Assembly: GCA_002104905.1 (NCBI GenBank)
Contig: MCFE01000097.1
Coordinates: 108,650-172,649 of the forward strand
Length of the DNA stretch: 64,000 bases
Source: Basidiobolus meristosporus CBS 931.73
Lineage: Eukaryota > Fungi > Basidiobolomycota
Direction: 5' to 3'
Both the position numbers and the translations under genes were made by a program. Below, piece by piece: positions 52,025-61,139 of the stretch (positions are counted from its first letter, which is position 1; the number at the start of each line of letters is the position of its first letter). Under the pieces are notes generated by a model. It did no database searches. It worked only from the letters and a program-made list of their open reading frames with translations, and had not been told where the DNA came from.

Positions 52025-53968
52025 ATGCAAGAACCTTTGAAATGAACCGCCCTGTTCATTGTTCCTTCATCTCTCACTTGCTTACGCTCAAGTTATGACG
52101 GTCATTTTGTTTTGACCACAGTATCAGAGAACGAAATAAAATACTATAAAAAACTGTTTTTAAAACCGATATTGAAGTTGATTCGAATGCGCTCGAATCT
52201 AACCAGGATTAAGATTAATGTTAAACAAAGAAAAGACGATAGAGTATACAGCATGAGCAGCCTAGACTCATGGTGAATAGTGTGAAATTGTAGCGTGTGT
52301 CCAAACAATTGAGAGGCAATAAATGTAATGGAATAAACAAAAAGGCTGAGAACAAGGATCATAAACAAGAAAGGAGGAGCTACGCCCATGAAATGGTTTT
52401 GTTGTACCGATTATGTCCATCTACAAAATATAATGATGATGGGATTCACAGTACAACTGATATATAAAGCGGATGTATTTTTAAATACATGTGAAAAGTT
52501 ATATGGATTGTACAAATGGGGTAATTAAATCATGGCCACAGAGCAAGCATTCCCCATACGTCGGGAAATCTGTGAGTGAGACATCAACACCGCCATGCGT
52601 TAATGGACTTATACTTGTCATAAGTGCAATTATTGTCTTTTCCAGTGTAGACTATAGGTAAGCTTGTGATTTTATCTTCTGGTGGCCAGTCACCATTGGT
52701 CACAAGTCCTGGGCAAGTCTAGAGGCTGATACATGATAATCCCGAGTTGTGATGCAGTGCTTACGGCAATCTGGCTGTGACTGACTATATTGGTAGTCTG
52801 TGCTAAAGAATTAGATGGTAAGGATATAGCCCAATGCGAGCCGAATTCGATACAAGGAGTCACGTTCCTGTAAGCCACTTACTCAATTCCAGAATGACTC
52901 AATGGTAGATTGCTCCTAGGGCAGAAACCTGAGGTCTAAACTAGCCTGTAACAGCCATTCCATCGACTACCTGTCTTTCGTAGTTGTCAACACATTATTG
53001 GTGGCAGGCACATGTGAATATATTCCAAGAATCCAGGTGATATTCGCAAGCCCAAATAGGCCATAGCATACCCAGGATGCACCCATGAGGCGCAAGTTAT
53101 TTGCTGCTGTGATGTTGCGTGCAACCTATATATTTGATTTTCGCTAAAGGATTAAGTAGATGCTACAACCAGAATACGGGATTACGCATGGTACTCAGAT
53201 GATCTACAGCCTATGAGTCCCCACAAATCAAAGTCAGGCTAGTAATGCTAAAAATAGCGACCCAATTTGTTTTCATAGGTAAGCTGCGGAATTATCTGGC
53301 CCCTAATACCTAAAATCTTGATGCAATCTGGTGATTGTGACCATTCCTAGTATATATGGTTCTACAAGCTGCATAAAACTGGTATTGCACTTATGTGTTT
53401 GCAGAAAAAATGAATTCCCCATTGTAATAAAACTAGGGCTGTAGGCTATTTATTGAAGGCTGTTAAAGAGTAGAAATTGCTCACATAAGTGTTCTAGAGA
53501 CAAATTTGAGTGTTGATGAGTGTGCTTATAGGGGAGTGATAATTGCCAACAGGCCAACTCTTGATTTCACCAACTCATAATTGTTGTAAGAGTCTTGGAG
53601 ATATTGGATGTGACTGGGAGGACAAGTAGATTGTGTGGTTTTCACATAATGATTTATTGAATGTAAAAGTAGTATTTATACTTTTACATTATCTTGGCAT
53701 TACAAACATATAGAGTAGGTTACGAAAGGTCCCAAAAACATGTGTGCAAAGTTTGGGGCTGTTTGGGCAACTTTGAGAATTTTCATGTTCTGGGTACCTG
53801 GTATTTTGGTGAAAATATTCCAAGTAAATCCTAACAAGGAATTTGGTCAGTATTCTCTAGGATTTGAGGATAATGATCTAAGTGACTAAGTTAGGTGAAT
53901 ATTTAGGTGGAATTACAAATTTCGACAACAATAATAAGGTGGCAAAGTGCTTGGAAAAGGTTAGAAGA

Positions 53969-54035
53969 GCAGGGGGTCTGGGGGATGCAGTCCCCTAGAG
54001 AATAAAAGGCAGGGGGTTTGGGGGATGCAATCCCC
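53969..54035. repeat. Pair of GC-rich hairpin direct repeats GCAGGGGGTYTGGGGGATGCARTCCCC, 40 bp period
   Basis: Copies at 53969-53995 and 54009-54035, each with a GGGGA(T)..(A)TCCCC inverted repeat; ~145 bp proximal to the first retroelement. Confidence 0.7.
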
Positions 54036-54180
54036 CATACGGCTCTCATACTCTTTAAATTCCCTTTGGATCACTTTTCTCTCATTCTTGGTTCTGGTCC
54101 CTTAGGGTTACAATTACTCCTCCTAACCCTTAGCACTCTAACCATAAATATTTTTACCCTACAATTGGCACATTGGGTAG

Positions 54181-55479
54181 GGGGGAGACAGTCACCAACA
54201 GGTGAAATCTTTATTTCAGTTGAAACAAAGAAGCCAGTACTACTGTTGTAGCTTTGATACAAGAGTGTGTAGCTGAGGGGAATTTGTAGGTAAGTTAATA
54301 AGAAGTGATGATAGCTCTTCAGTGCTCAAGACACTGTTCAGTGGGAAGGGGGGTAGCAAGAGAGGTAAGAATGACTTGTGAACAACATTAATGAGGGGAA
54401 CGTGATAAGGATTGATATTCATCATAAAGGGAGTGTGCTGCTGCAGATATTGCTGCCAAAGGTCTGTCAAGTACTTCAGGTAGGCCAGCTTGGGTTTTTC
54501 TGACTGCAGAATATAGTGTGCAAACTTCTTGACTTCAGGATCTCCAAGTATAGTTCTCCAGCAGGAGTCAGGTGTTGTGTGGTGTGTTCTCTTCCAGGCC
54601 TTAATCAGTGGGTTGTTGCAGTTGTGAAGTCTGAGGTATAATCTGGTTCTAAGGTAGAGAAGTCTGATCTTATAGGGCATAAACCCAAAAGCACCAAGAA
54701 TATCATGTCTGTAGGGGCATTCAGGCAAATGAGGCACCAAGGAGGTAATGCACCATACTGCAAACTTGTCAAGCTTAGTGCAGTCTCTAGAAGTAAGAGA
54801 GAGAAGTGGTAAGCCAAATTCCAGGACAGGGAAGACAAACTGCTTAAGTAGAAGGAGGCAGCTGGGAGCTGAAGTTGTAGGAGGAGTAACAGCCAGTAGC
54901 TTGTGGAGTGCCTGTCTTGCCAGGATAATTTTCTTCTTCAGGTGTGCTCCAGAGTCTAGTCCAGTAGGAAGGAAAGGAAAGCCAAGATATGTAGCAGAAA
55001 CCTGAGCAGGTAGAGTGGAGTTCTGCAAGTTGATGGGAGAGCCCAAAGGTACTGTCTTTGCAATGGAAAGCTGGAGATTATTCTTCTGCAGATACTGGTG
55101 GATGGTCTGGGAGTCTTGTTGTACATTGGAGGAGGATATTCTGATGTCATCAGCAAAGAGAGTAACCAGGCAGTCAGCTGAGAGTCTTGGGAAATCATTC
55201 AGGAAGATGGCAAACAGTATAGGACCAAGCACAGAGCCTTGAACCACTCCATTAGGAACTGAGAACACAGCTGATTGCTCACTTGGGTGCAGAATTCTTG
55301 CTTGTGGATCCAGAAACAGAGACCTGACAAGGAGGGTGAGAGAGGTAGTGGAGAAGCATTGCAACTTGGACCAAAGCAGATTTCTGTCAACTGAATCAAA
55401 GGCCTTAGTAATATCAAACAGAACAGAGGGATACTTGCACTGGAGAGAGTGATCTTGGCTAAGTATGACTGCATATTCC
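54181..55479 (-). mobile_element. Family A telomeric LINE, 5'-truncated copy (3' part of RT plus 3' UTR)
   Basis: Near-identical to 58311-59609; frame intact (GVVQGSVLGP, LFADD); breaks off at ...GCATATTCC into TAGGGTTAGGG. Confidence 0.95.
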
Positions 55480-55502
55480 TAGGGTTAGGGTTAGGGTTAG
55501 GG
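55480..55502 (+). repeat. Inter-element telomeric tract, ~4 x TTAGGG
   Basis: TAGGG TTAGGG TTAGGG TTAGGG read directly. Confidence 0.95.
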
Positions 55503-55680
55503 GGAGGAAAGTCACCAAGTGGTGAAATCTTTATTTACTTATAACAAGTATCTAAAGGGTTAGGGGGAGGAAAGTCACCAAGTGGTGAAATCTTTATTTA
55601 CTTATGACAAGTATCTAAAGAAGCCAAGTTAATCTGAAGTTATTCCTAGAAAGCTAGGTCTGAGAGATATCTTCCTGGTA
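55503..55680 (-). mobile_element. Two stacked 3'-end fragments of family C (55503-55557 and ~55563-55680)
   Basis: Both start GGGGAGGAAAGTCACCAAGTGGTGAAATCTTTATTTAC and match 58066-58300; joined by GGTTAGGG. Confidence 0.85.
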
Positions 55681-55772
55681 GGGGGGATGATCATCACCAA
55701 AGGGTGAAATCTTTATTTAAATAATAAATAAAGAAGCCAAGTTTGAATATGAATATCTGAGATGCAGGAAGC

Positions 55773-56573
55773 CTACAAGATAAACTTGGACTTTGCTGTA
55801 TCCCAAATATCCTGAATATCAAAGTCTAGAGGAGAGTGTAGCAAGACTGCTTGTTCACTGTAGTATTTCTTGAGGAAGTTGGTGACTTGAAGGGAAGGAG
55901 AGTTTTTCAACAAGCTGGTAAATCTTTTCAGGAGTTCTTTTTCCAGAGAGAATGGCACAAAGAGTGGAATGTCCAAATGATGTCTGAATATATGCTCTGA
56001 GAGCTCCCAATCCAGCATATTTTTGACTTCTTCTGTAAAATCTTCAACAATATCTTTGTCAAGAATAACTTCCAAGAGATCCCTGGCAATGTACTGAATG
56101 TTAATAATCTTAGGCATATGAATACCTAGCTCCTTGAGGTAGTTACTTTGTTCTGATATTGGGAGATATCCTGCATTTCTGAAATAGCAAACTGCCCAGT
56201 TGGCAGTAGGAGGAGTATCAGGGCTGACAGGGAATCTTCTTCTGGCTTTAGCGTGCACTGGCTTAGGAGACTGTCTTGATGGAAGGGCAGCTGGTTTTGG
56301 ATGAGCTTGAAGTGCTTGGGAGTAGGTTTGAGTACAAGTAGTAGAAATTCCTGGTTGCTGAGAATTTTCAGATTGACTGGATGAAGAGCTAATTGAGGGG
56401 TTGCAAGGTAAGGAAGAAGCTGACAGAGAAGTGGAGAGGGCTGGGTGAAGTTCAGAAAGGGTTTTGAAATGAATTTGGATCTGAGATTTCAACATTGAGT
56501 TTTCAGCTTCAAGAAGAGAAACTCTTTGTTCAAGGTAAGAAGTCTGTAAAGAGTGAAAGTTGGGTAAAGACAT
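55773..56573 (-). CDS. B1 ORF1/Gag-like protein, 266 aa
   Basis: Coiled coil LEAENSMLK, TYSQAL motif, C-terminal domain PPTANWAVCYF..PISE..KIINI..LEVILDK aligning with LINE ORF1. Confidence 0.85.
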   Translation of the reverse strand: MSLPNFHSLQTSYLEQRVSLLEAENSMLKSQIQIHFKTLSELHPALSTSLSASSLPCNPSISSSSSQSENSQQPGISTTCTQTYSQALQAHPKPAALPSRQSPKPVHAKARRRFPVSPDTPPTANWAVCYFRNAGYLPISEQSNYLKELGIHMPKIINIQYIARDLLEVILDKDIVEDFTEEVKNMLDWELSEHIFRHHLDIPLFVPFSLEKELLKRFTSLLKNSPSLQVTNFLKKYYSEQAVLLHSPLDFDIQDIWDTAKSKFIL

Positions 56574-56620
56574 GGAAGTAGTAAATAAGAAGAAAGGAGT
56601 AGTTGGGGTGGGAGGGTGGG

Positions 56621-56958
56621 AAAATAGGTAAGAAGAAAAGAGAGGAAAGATCTGAAATTGAAAATCTCAGAATTTATAGATGGATGGACAAGGGTAGAGG
56701 ATTGATTAATCCAGGGTTAGGGAAAAATAGGTAAGAAGAAAAGAGAGGAAAGATCTGAAATTGAAAATCTCAGAATTTATAGATGGATGGACAAGGGTAG
56801 AGGATTGATTAATCCAGGGTTAGGGAAAAATAGGTAAGAAGAAAAGAAAGGAAAGATCTGAAATTGAAAATCTCAGAATTTATAGATGGATGGACAAGGG
56901 TAGAGGATTGATTAATCCAGGGTTAGGGAAAAATAGGTAAGAAGAAAAGAGAGGAAAG
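56621..56958 (+). repeat. 103-bp tandem repeat, ~3.3 copies, each ending CAGGGTTAGGG
   Basis: AAAATAGGTAAGAAGAAAAG starts at 56621, 56724, 56827 and 56930. Confidence 0.95.
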
Positions 56959-56970
56959 GGTTAGGGGTTA

Positions 56971-57498
56971 GGGGAGGGAAAGTCACCAAGGTAGGTGAAA
57001 TCTTTATTTGATTTCAGACAAGTCTAACTACAAATAAAGAAGCCAGCTGGGAATAGAAGATTCCCAAAGTAAATACTAAGTTGAATATGAATAAATCTAA
57101 GCTAAAGTTAAGGCAGTATCCCAGAGTACACTGGAGTTCAGGTTCATGGGGGAGTGAAGTAGATAAGCTTGAGAGATATAATAATCTTTGAGGAAGTGGG
57201 TAACAGCAGGTGAAGGGGAGTTTTTGATAAGTGAAGTGAATCTTGAGAGCAGAGATTCCTCTAATGAGAAGGTCTTGTAAACTGGAGAATCAGGAAACTC
57301 TTTAAAGGCATGGTCAGTAGGTTCCCAGTAAAGCTGGTCAGAGACATTTTGAGAGAACTCTTTAGCAATACTTTTGTCAAGTACTACCTCCAGAGTGTGA
57401 TGGTTGATAAATCTCATGTTGACAATCTTGGATAAGTTGTAGCCTTGTTGCTTGAGATACATCCTATGCTCAGATATAGGAATAAACTCCACATTGGC
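56971..57498 (-). mobile_element. Family B2 element, 5'-truncated copy
   Basis: Near-identical to 62912-63438; breaks off at ...CACATTGGC into TTAGGGGG. Confidence 0.9.
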
Positions 57499-57501
57499 TT
57501 A

Positions 57502-58045
57502 GGGGGATGATCATCACCAAAGGGTGAAATCTTTATTTAAATAATAAATAAAGAAGCCAAGTTTGCATATGAATATCTGAGATGGAGGAAGCCTACAAGA
57601 TAAACTTGGACTTTGCTGTATCCCAAATATCCTCAATATCAAAGTCTAGAGGAGAGTGTAGCAAGACTGCTTGTTCACTGTAGTATTTCTTGAGGAAGTT
57701 TGTGACTTGAAGGGAAGGAGAGTTTTTCAACAAGCTGGTAAATCTTTTCAGGAGTTCTTTTTCCAGAGAGAATGGCACAAAGAGTGGAATGTCCAAATGA
57801 TGTCTGAATATATGCTCTGAGAGCTCCCAATCCAGCATATTTTTGACTTCTTCTGTAAAATCTTCAACAATATCTTTGTCAAGAATAACTTCCAAGAGAT
57901 CCCTGGCAATGTACTGAATGTTAATAATCTTGGGCATATGAATACCTAGGTCCTTGAGGTAGTTTCTTTGTTCTGATATTGGGAGATATCCAGCATTTCT
58001 GAAATAGCAAACTGCCCAGTTGGCAGTAGGAGGAGTATCAGGGCT
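57502..58045 (-). mobile_element. Family B1 element, 5'-truncated copy
   Basis: Near-identical to 55681-56225; breaks off at ...TCAGGGCT into TAGGG. Confidence 0.9.
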
Positions 58046-58067
58046 TAGGGTTAGGGTTAGGGTAGGG
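58045..58067 (+). repeat. Inter-element telomeric tract
   Basis: TTAGGG TTAGGG TTAGGG TAGGG. Confidence 0.95.
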
Positions 58068-58300
58068 GGAGGAAAGTCACCAAGTGGTGAAATCTTTATT
58101 TACTTATGACAAGTATCTAAAGAAGCCAAGTTAATCAGAAGTTATTCCTAGAAAGCTAGGTCTGAGAGATATCTTCCTGGTAAGCCAGGTCTGAGAGTTG
58201 AGAAGCTGAGTGGTACTATATTTCCTAGTTAGCTAGGTCTGAGAGAGGTTTCCTGGAAAGCCAGGCCTGAGAAGTGAGAATCTGAATATATCTGAGCTAA
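58066..58300 (-). mobile_element. Family C element, longest copy (~235 bp, no ORF seen, internal AGCTAGGTCTGAGAGA..TTCCTGGWAAGCCAGG repeats)
   Basis: Shares the 3' module; two shorter copies at 55503-55680. Confidence 0.8.
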
Positions 58301-58370
58301 GTTAGGTTAGGGGGGGAGACAGTCACCAACAGGTGAAATCTTTATTTCAGTTGAAACAAAGAAGCCAGCG

Positions 58371-61139
58371 CTACTGTTGTAGCTTTGATACAAGAGTGTG
58401 TAGCTGTGGGGAATTTGTAGGTAAGTTAATAAGAAGTGATGATAGTTCTTCAGTGCTCAAGACACTGTTCAGTGGGAAGGGGGGTAGCAAGAGAGGTAAG
58501 AATGACTTGTGAACAACATTAATGAGGGGAATGTGATAAGGATTGATATCCATCATAAAGGGAGTGTGCTGCTGCAGATATTGCTGCCAAAGGTCTGTCA
58601 AGTACTTCAGGTAGGCCAGCTTGGGTTTTTCTGACTGCAGAATAAATTCAGCAAACTTCTTGACTTCAGGATCTCCAAGTATGGTTCTCCAGCAGGAGCC
58701 AGGTGTAGTGTGGTGTGTTATCTTCCAGGCCTTAATCAGTGGGTTGTTGCAGTTGTGAAGTCTTAGGTATAATCTGGTTCTAAGGTAGAGAAGTCTGATC
58801 TTATAGGGCATAAACCCAAAAGCACCAAGAATAGCATGTCTGTAGGGGCATTCAGGCAAATGAGGCACCAAGGAGGTAATGCACCATACTGCAAACTTGT
58901 CAAGCTTAGTGCAGTCTCTAGAAGTAAGAGAGAGAAGTGGTAAGCCAAATTCCAGGACAGGGAAGACAAACTGCTTGAGTAGAAGGAGGCAGCTGGGAGC
59001 TGAAGTTGTAGGAGGAGTAACAGCCAGTAGCTTGTGGAGTGCCTGTCTTGCTAGGATAATTCTCTTGTTCAGGTGTGCTCCAGAGTCTAGTCCAGTAGGA
59101 AGGAAAGGGAAGCCAAGATATGTAGCAGAAACCTGAGCAGGTAGAGTGGAGTTCTCCAAGTTGATGGGAGTGCCCAAAGGTACTGTCTTTGCAATGGAAA
59201 GCTGGAGATTATTCTTCTGCAGATACTGGTGGATGGTCTGGGAGTCTTGTTGCACATTGGAGGAGGATATTCTGATGTCATCAGCAAAGAGAGTAACCAG
59301 GCAGTCAGCTGAGAGTCTTGGGAAATCATTCAGGAAGATGGCAAACAGTATAGGACCAAGCACAGAGCCTTGAACCACTCCATTAGGAACTGAGAACACA
59401 GCTGATTGCTCACTTGGGTGCAGAATTCTTGCTTGTGGATCCAGAAACAGAGACCTGACAAGGAGGGTGAGAGAGGTACTGGAGAAGCATTGCAACTTGG
59501 ACCAAAGCAGATTTCTGTCAACTGAATCAAAGGCCTTAGTAATATCAAACAGAACTGAGGGATACTTGCACTGGAGAGAGTGATCTTGGCTAAGTATGAC
59601 TGCATATTCCAAGGAGAGGCCAGGAACAAAGCCAAACTGTGCAGGATGAAACTTGAGGGAGTCAGAGTAGAGCTCCTGAGCAAGCAGAAGCTCAAACACC
59701 TTTCTGCAGGTGGGCAGCAGAGATATTGGTCTGTAGGAGCTAGGATCCAGGTGCTTTCCTTTACCCTTGTACAGTGGCAGAACATTTGCAAAGGACCATT
59801 CCTCAGGAGTAGAAAGCTGGGCTGAGCATTGCTGAAACAGTGGAAGCAGAAGTGCAGACATGGCCTTGGTACTAGTCTTCAGAAGCTCATAGGAGATTGT
59901 GTCCACACCTGGAGCAGTAGAGTTGGGAAGCCTCTTGAGCACATTATGGATTCTCCCTTGATCAAGTGCAAGTGGGATGGGCAGAGTCTTGAAGTCAGGA
60001 TGAAAGCCAGGAGTTGAGTACTGCTTTGTAGAGAAGAAGATGTTAGCCAGCTGTTCTGTTGAAGGTAACTTCCTGGAAGAGGGCCTCATTGCCCTGTAGA
60101 GTCTTGATACTGTTCTTGTTATAGAGTTGGAAGATTGCAGAGGCAAGGAACTCATAATATGATCCCAGAGCTGAGTATGCAGAGTGTGGTGAATTGCCTT
60201 GGAGTGGTGTATTGCTGTCAGGAGGAGTTTCTCTGTTTTTGGGTTAGGGAAACTCAGGTAGCTTTGTTGCAGGGCTGAAACAATGGATTCCCATTCTCTT
60301 GAGGTAACAGCAGTAGTCTTGCATGGCAGTGAGAGGGAGGCAGACACCAGAATCAGATGCTTCACAAAGAGCCAGGCATAGTTGAGATCATCTGGCAGAG
60401 AAAGTAGCAAACTGGCAAGCTTCAAGTAGTTCCCAAAGTCTTTCTTCTGATTCTTGGTAGCTTTGTGGGTGAGCACAGTAAGTTTTGGCAGCTTCTTCTT
60501 CACAACTGGTTGCATAGAAAGGGACCAGGCTGGGTGGTCAGAGGCTCTTAAGGATCCTAGCTCAGCTCCAGAGAATTGCATAACTTCATTCACAAAGTAG
60601 AGGGCAGCAGCAGAAGGGCAGATCCAGTCAACACATCTTTTCTCAGATTGAGCACCTAGTGCTAGCAGATGGCTTTCTCTCAGGAAGTTCAGTAGGAATG
60701 TAGACCTTGGCTTCATTCTTGCAGTCAGAGTAGTCTTGTTCTCAGGATGGGGAATGTTGAGATCACCAAGCAAGATAATAGGTGTTGATATAGATTGCTG
60801 GTATTGCTGAACTTTCTGGCATATAACTTGCACTTCCTGAAGGGCAAGACTTGGAGGCAGATAGCAGAGCACCAGACTGATAGTTGGCAACTGGAGAGCA
60901 GCACAGTAAGGGGAGTAAAGAGGAACACAGAGCTGAGGAGTATTGATGGTAGAAGAGATGAAGCAGATAGAGGAGGTATTCTTTGTTCTAGGAGTAGAAA
61001 AGCAATATAGATTAGTCAAAAGTATAGAGGGTAGCTGGACATCAATCAAACACAGGAGGGAAAATCTTGAAAGAAGTCTCTCTAGAGTTGGTCTTGATGG
61101 CTGTATGCTGTTGCAGTTAAGCAACAGAACTTCAGGTAG
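58371..61139 (-). CDS. LINE ORF2: APE-type endonuclease + reverse transcriptase (no AUG at its start)
   Basis: APE motifs LLLNCN, CYLPP, GDLN, VDWI, SDH; RT motifs APGVD, LYKGKG..YRPISLL, QFGF, DITKAFDSV, GVVQGSVLGP, LFADD, TYLG. Confidence 0.95.
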   Translation of the reverse strand, partial: LPEVLLLNCNSIQPSRPTLERLLSRFSLLCLIDVQLPSILLTNLYCFSTPRTKNTSSICFISSTINTPQLCVPLYSPYCAALQLPTISLVLCYLPPSLALQEVQVICQKVQQYQQSISTPIILLGDLNIPHPENKTTLTARMKPRSTFLLNFLRESHLLALGAQSEKRCVDWICPSAAALYFVNEVMQFSGAELGSLRASDHPAWSLSMQPVVKKKLPKLTVLTHKATKNQKKDFGNYLKLASLLLSLPDDLNYAWLFVKHLILVSASLSLPCKTTAVTSREWESIVSALQQSYLSFPNPKTEKLLLTAIHHSKAIHHTLHTQLWDHIMSSLPLQSSNSITRTVSRLYRAMRPSSRKLPSTEQLANIFFSTKQYSTPGFHPDFKTLPIPLALDQGRIHNVLKRLPNSTAPGVDTISYELLKTSTKAMSALLLPLFQQCSAQLSTPEEWSFANVLPLYKGKGKHLDPSSYRPISLLPTCRKVFELLLAQELYSDSLKFHPAQFGFVPGLSLEYAVILSQDHSLQCKYPSVLFDITKAFDSVDRNLLWSKLQCFSSTSLTLLVRSLFLDPQARILHPSEQSAVFSVPNGVVQGSVLGPILFAIFLNDFPRLSADCLVTLFADDIRISSSNVQQDSQTIHQYLQKNNLQLSIAKTVPLGTPINLENSTLPAQVSATYLGFPFLPTGLDSGAHLNKRIILARQALHKLLAVTPPTTSAPSCLLLLKQFVFPVLEFGLPLLSLTSRDCTKLDKFAVWCITSLVPHLPECPYRHAILGAFGFMPYKIRLLYLRTRLYLRLHNCNNPLIKAWKITHHTTPGSCWRTILGDPEVKKFAEFILQSEKPKLAYLKYLTDLWQQYLQQHTPFMMDINPYHIPLINVVHKSFLPLLLPPFPLNSVLSTEELSSLLINLPTNSPQLHTLVSKLQQ

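Larger units (their letters stand above)
55681..56958 (-). mobile_element. Family B1 non-autonomous ORF1-only telomeric element, apparently full length with 5' tandem repeats
   Basis: Shared 3' module, single intact 266-aa ORF homologous to LINE ORF1, no RT. Confidence 0.85.

Noticed and set aside
55681-55720. GATGA...GAAA in the B1 3' module suggesting a hammerhead ribozyme, as in Penelope-like elements
   Set aside because: No CUGANGA core, wrong strand, not shared by the other families; the RT is LINE-type, not PLE.
56621-56958. Regular repeats resembling a CRISPR array
   Set aside because: Eukaryotic context; units are fully identical with no unique spacers.
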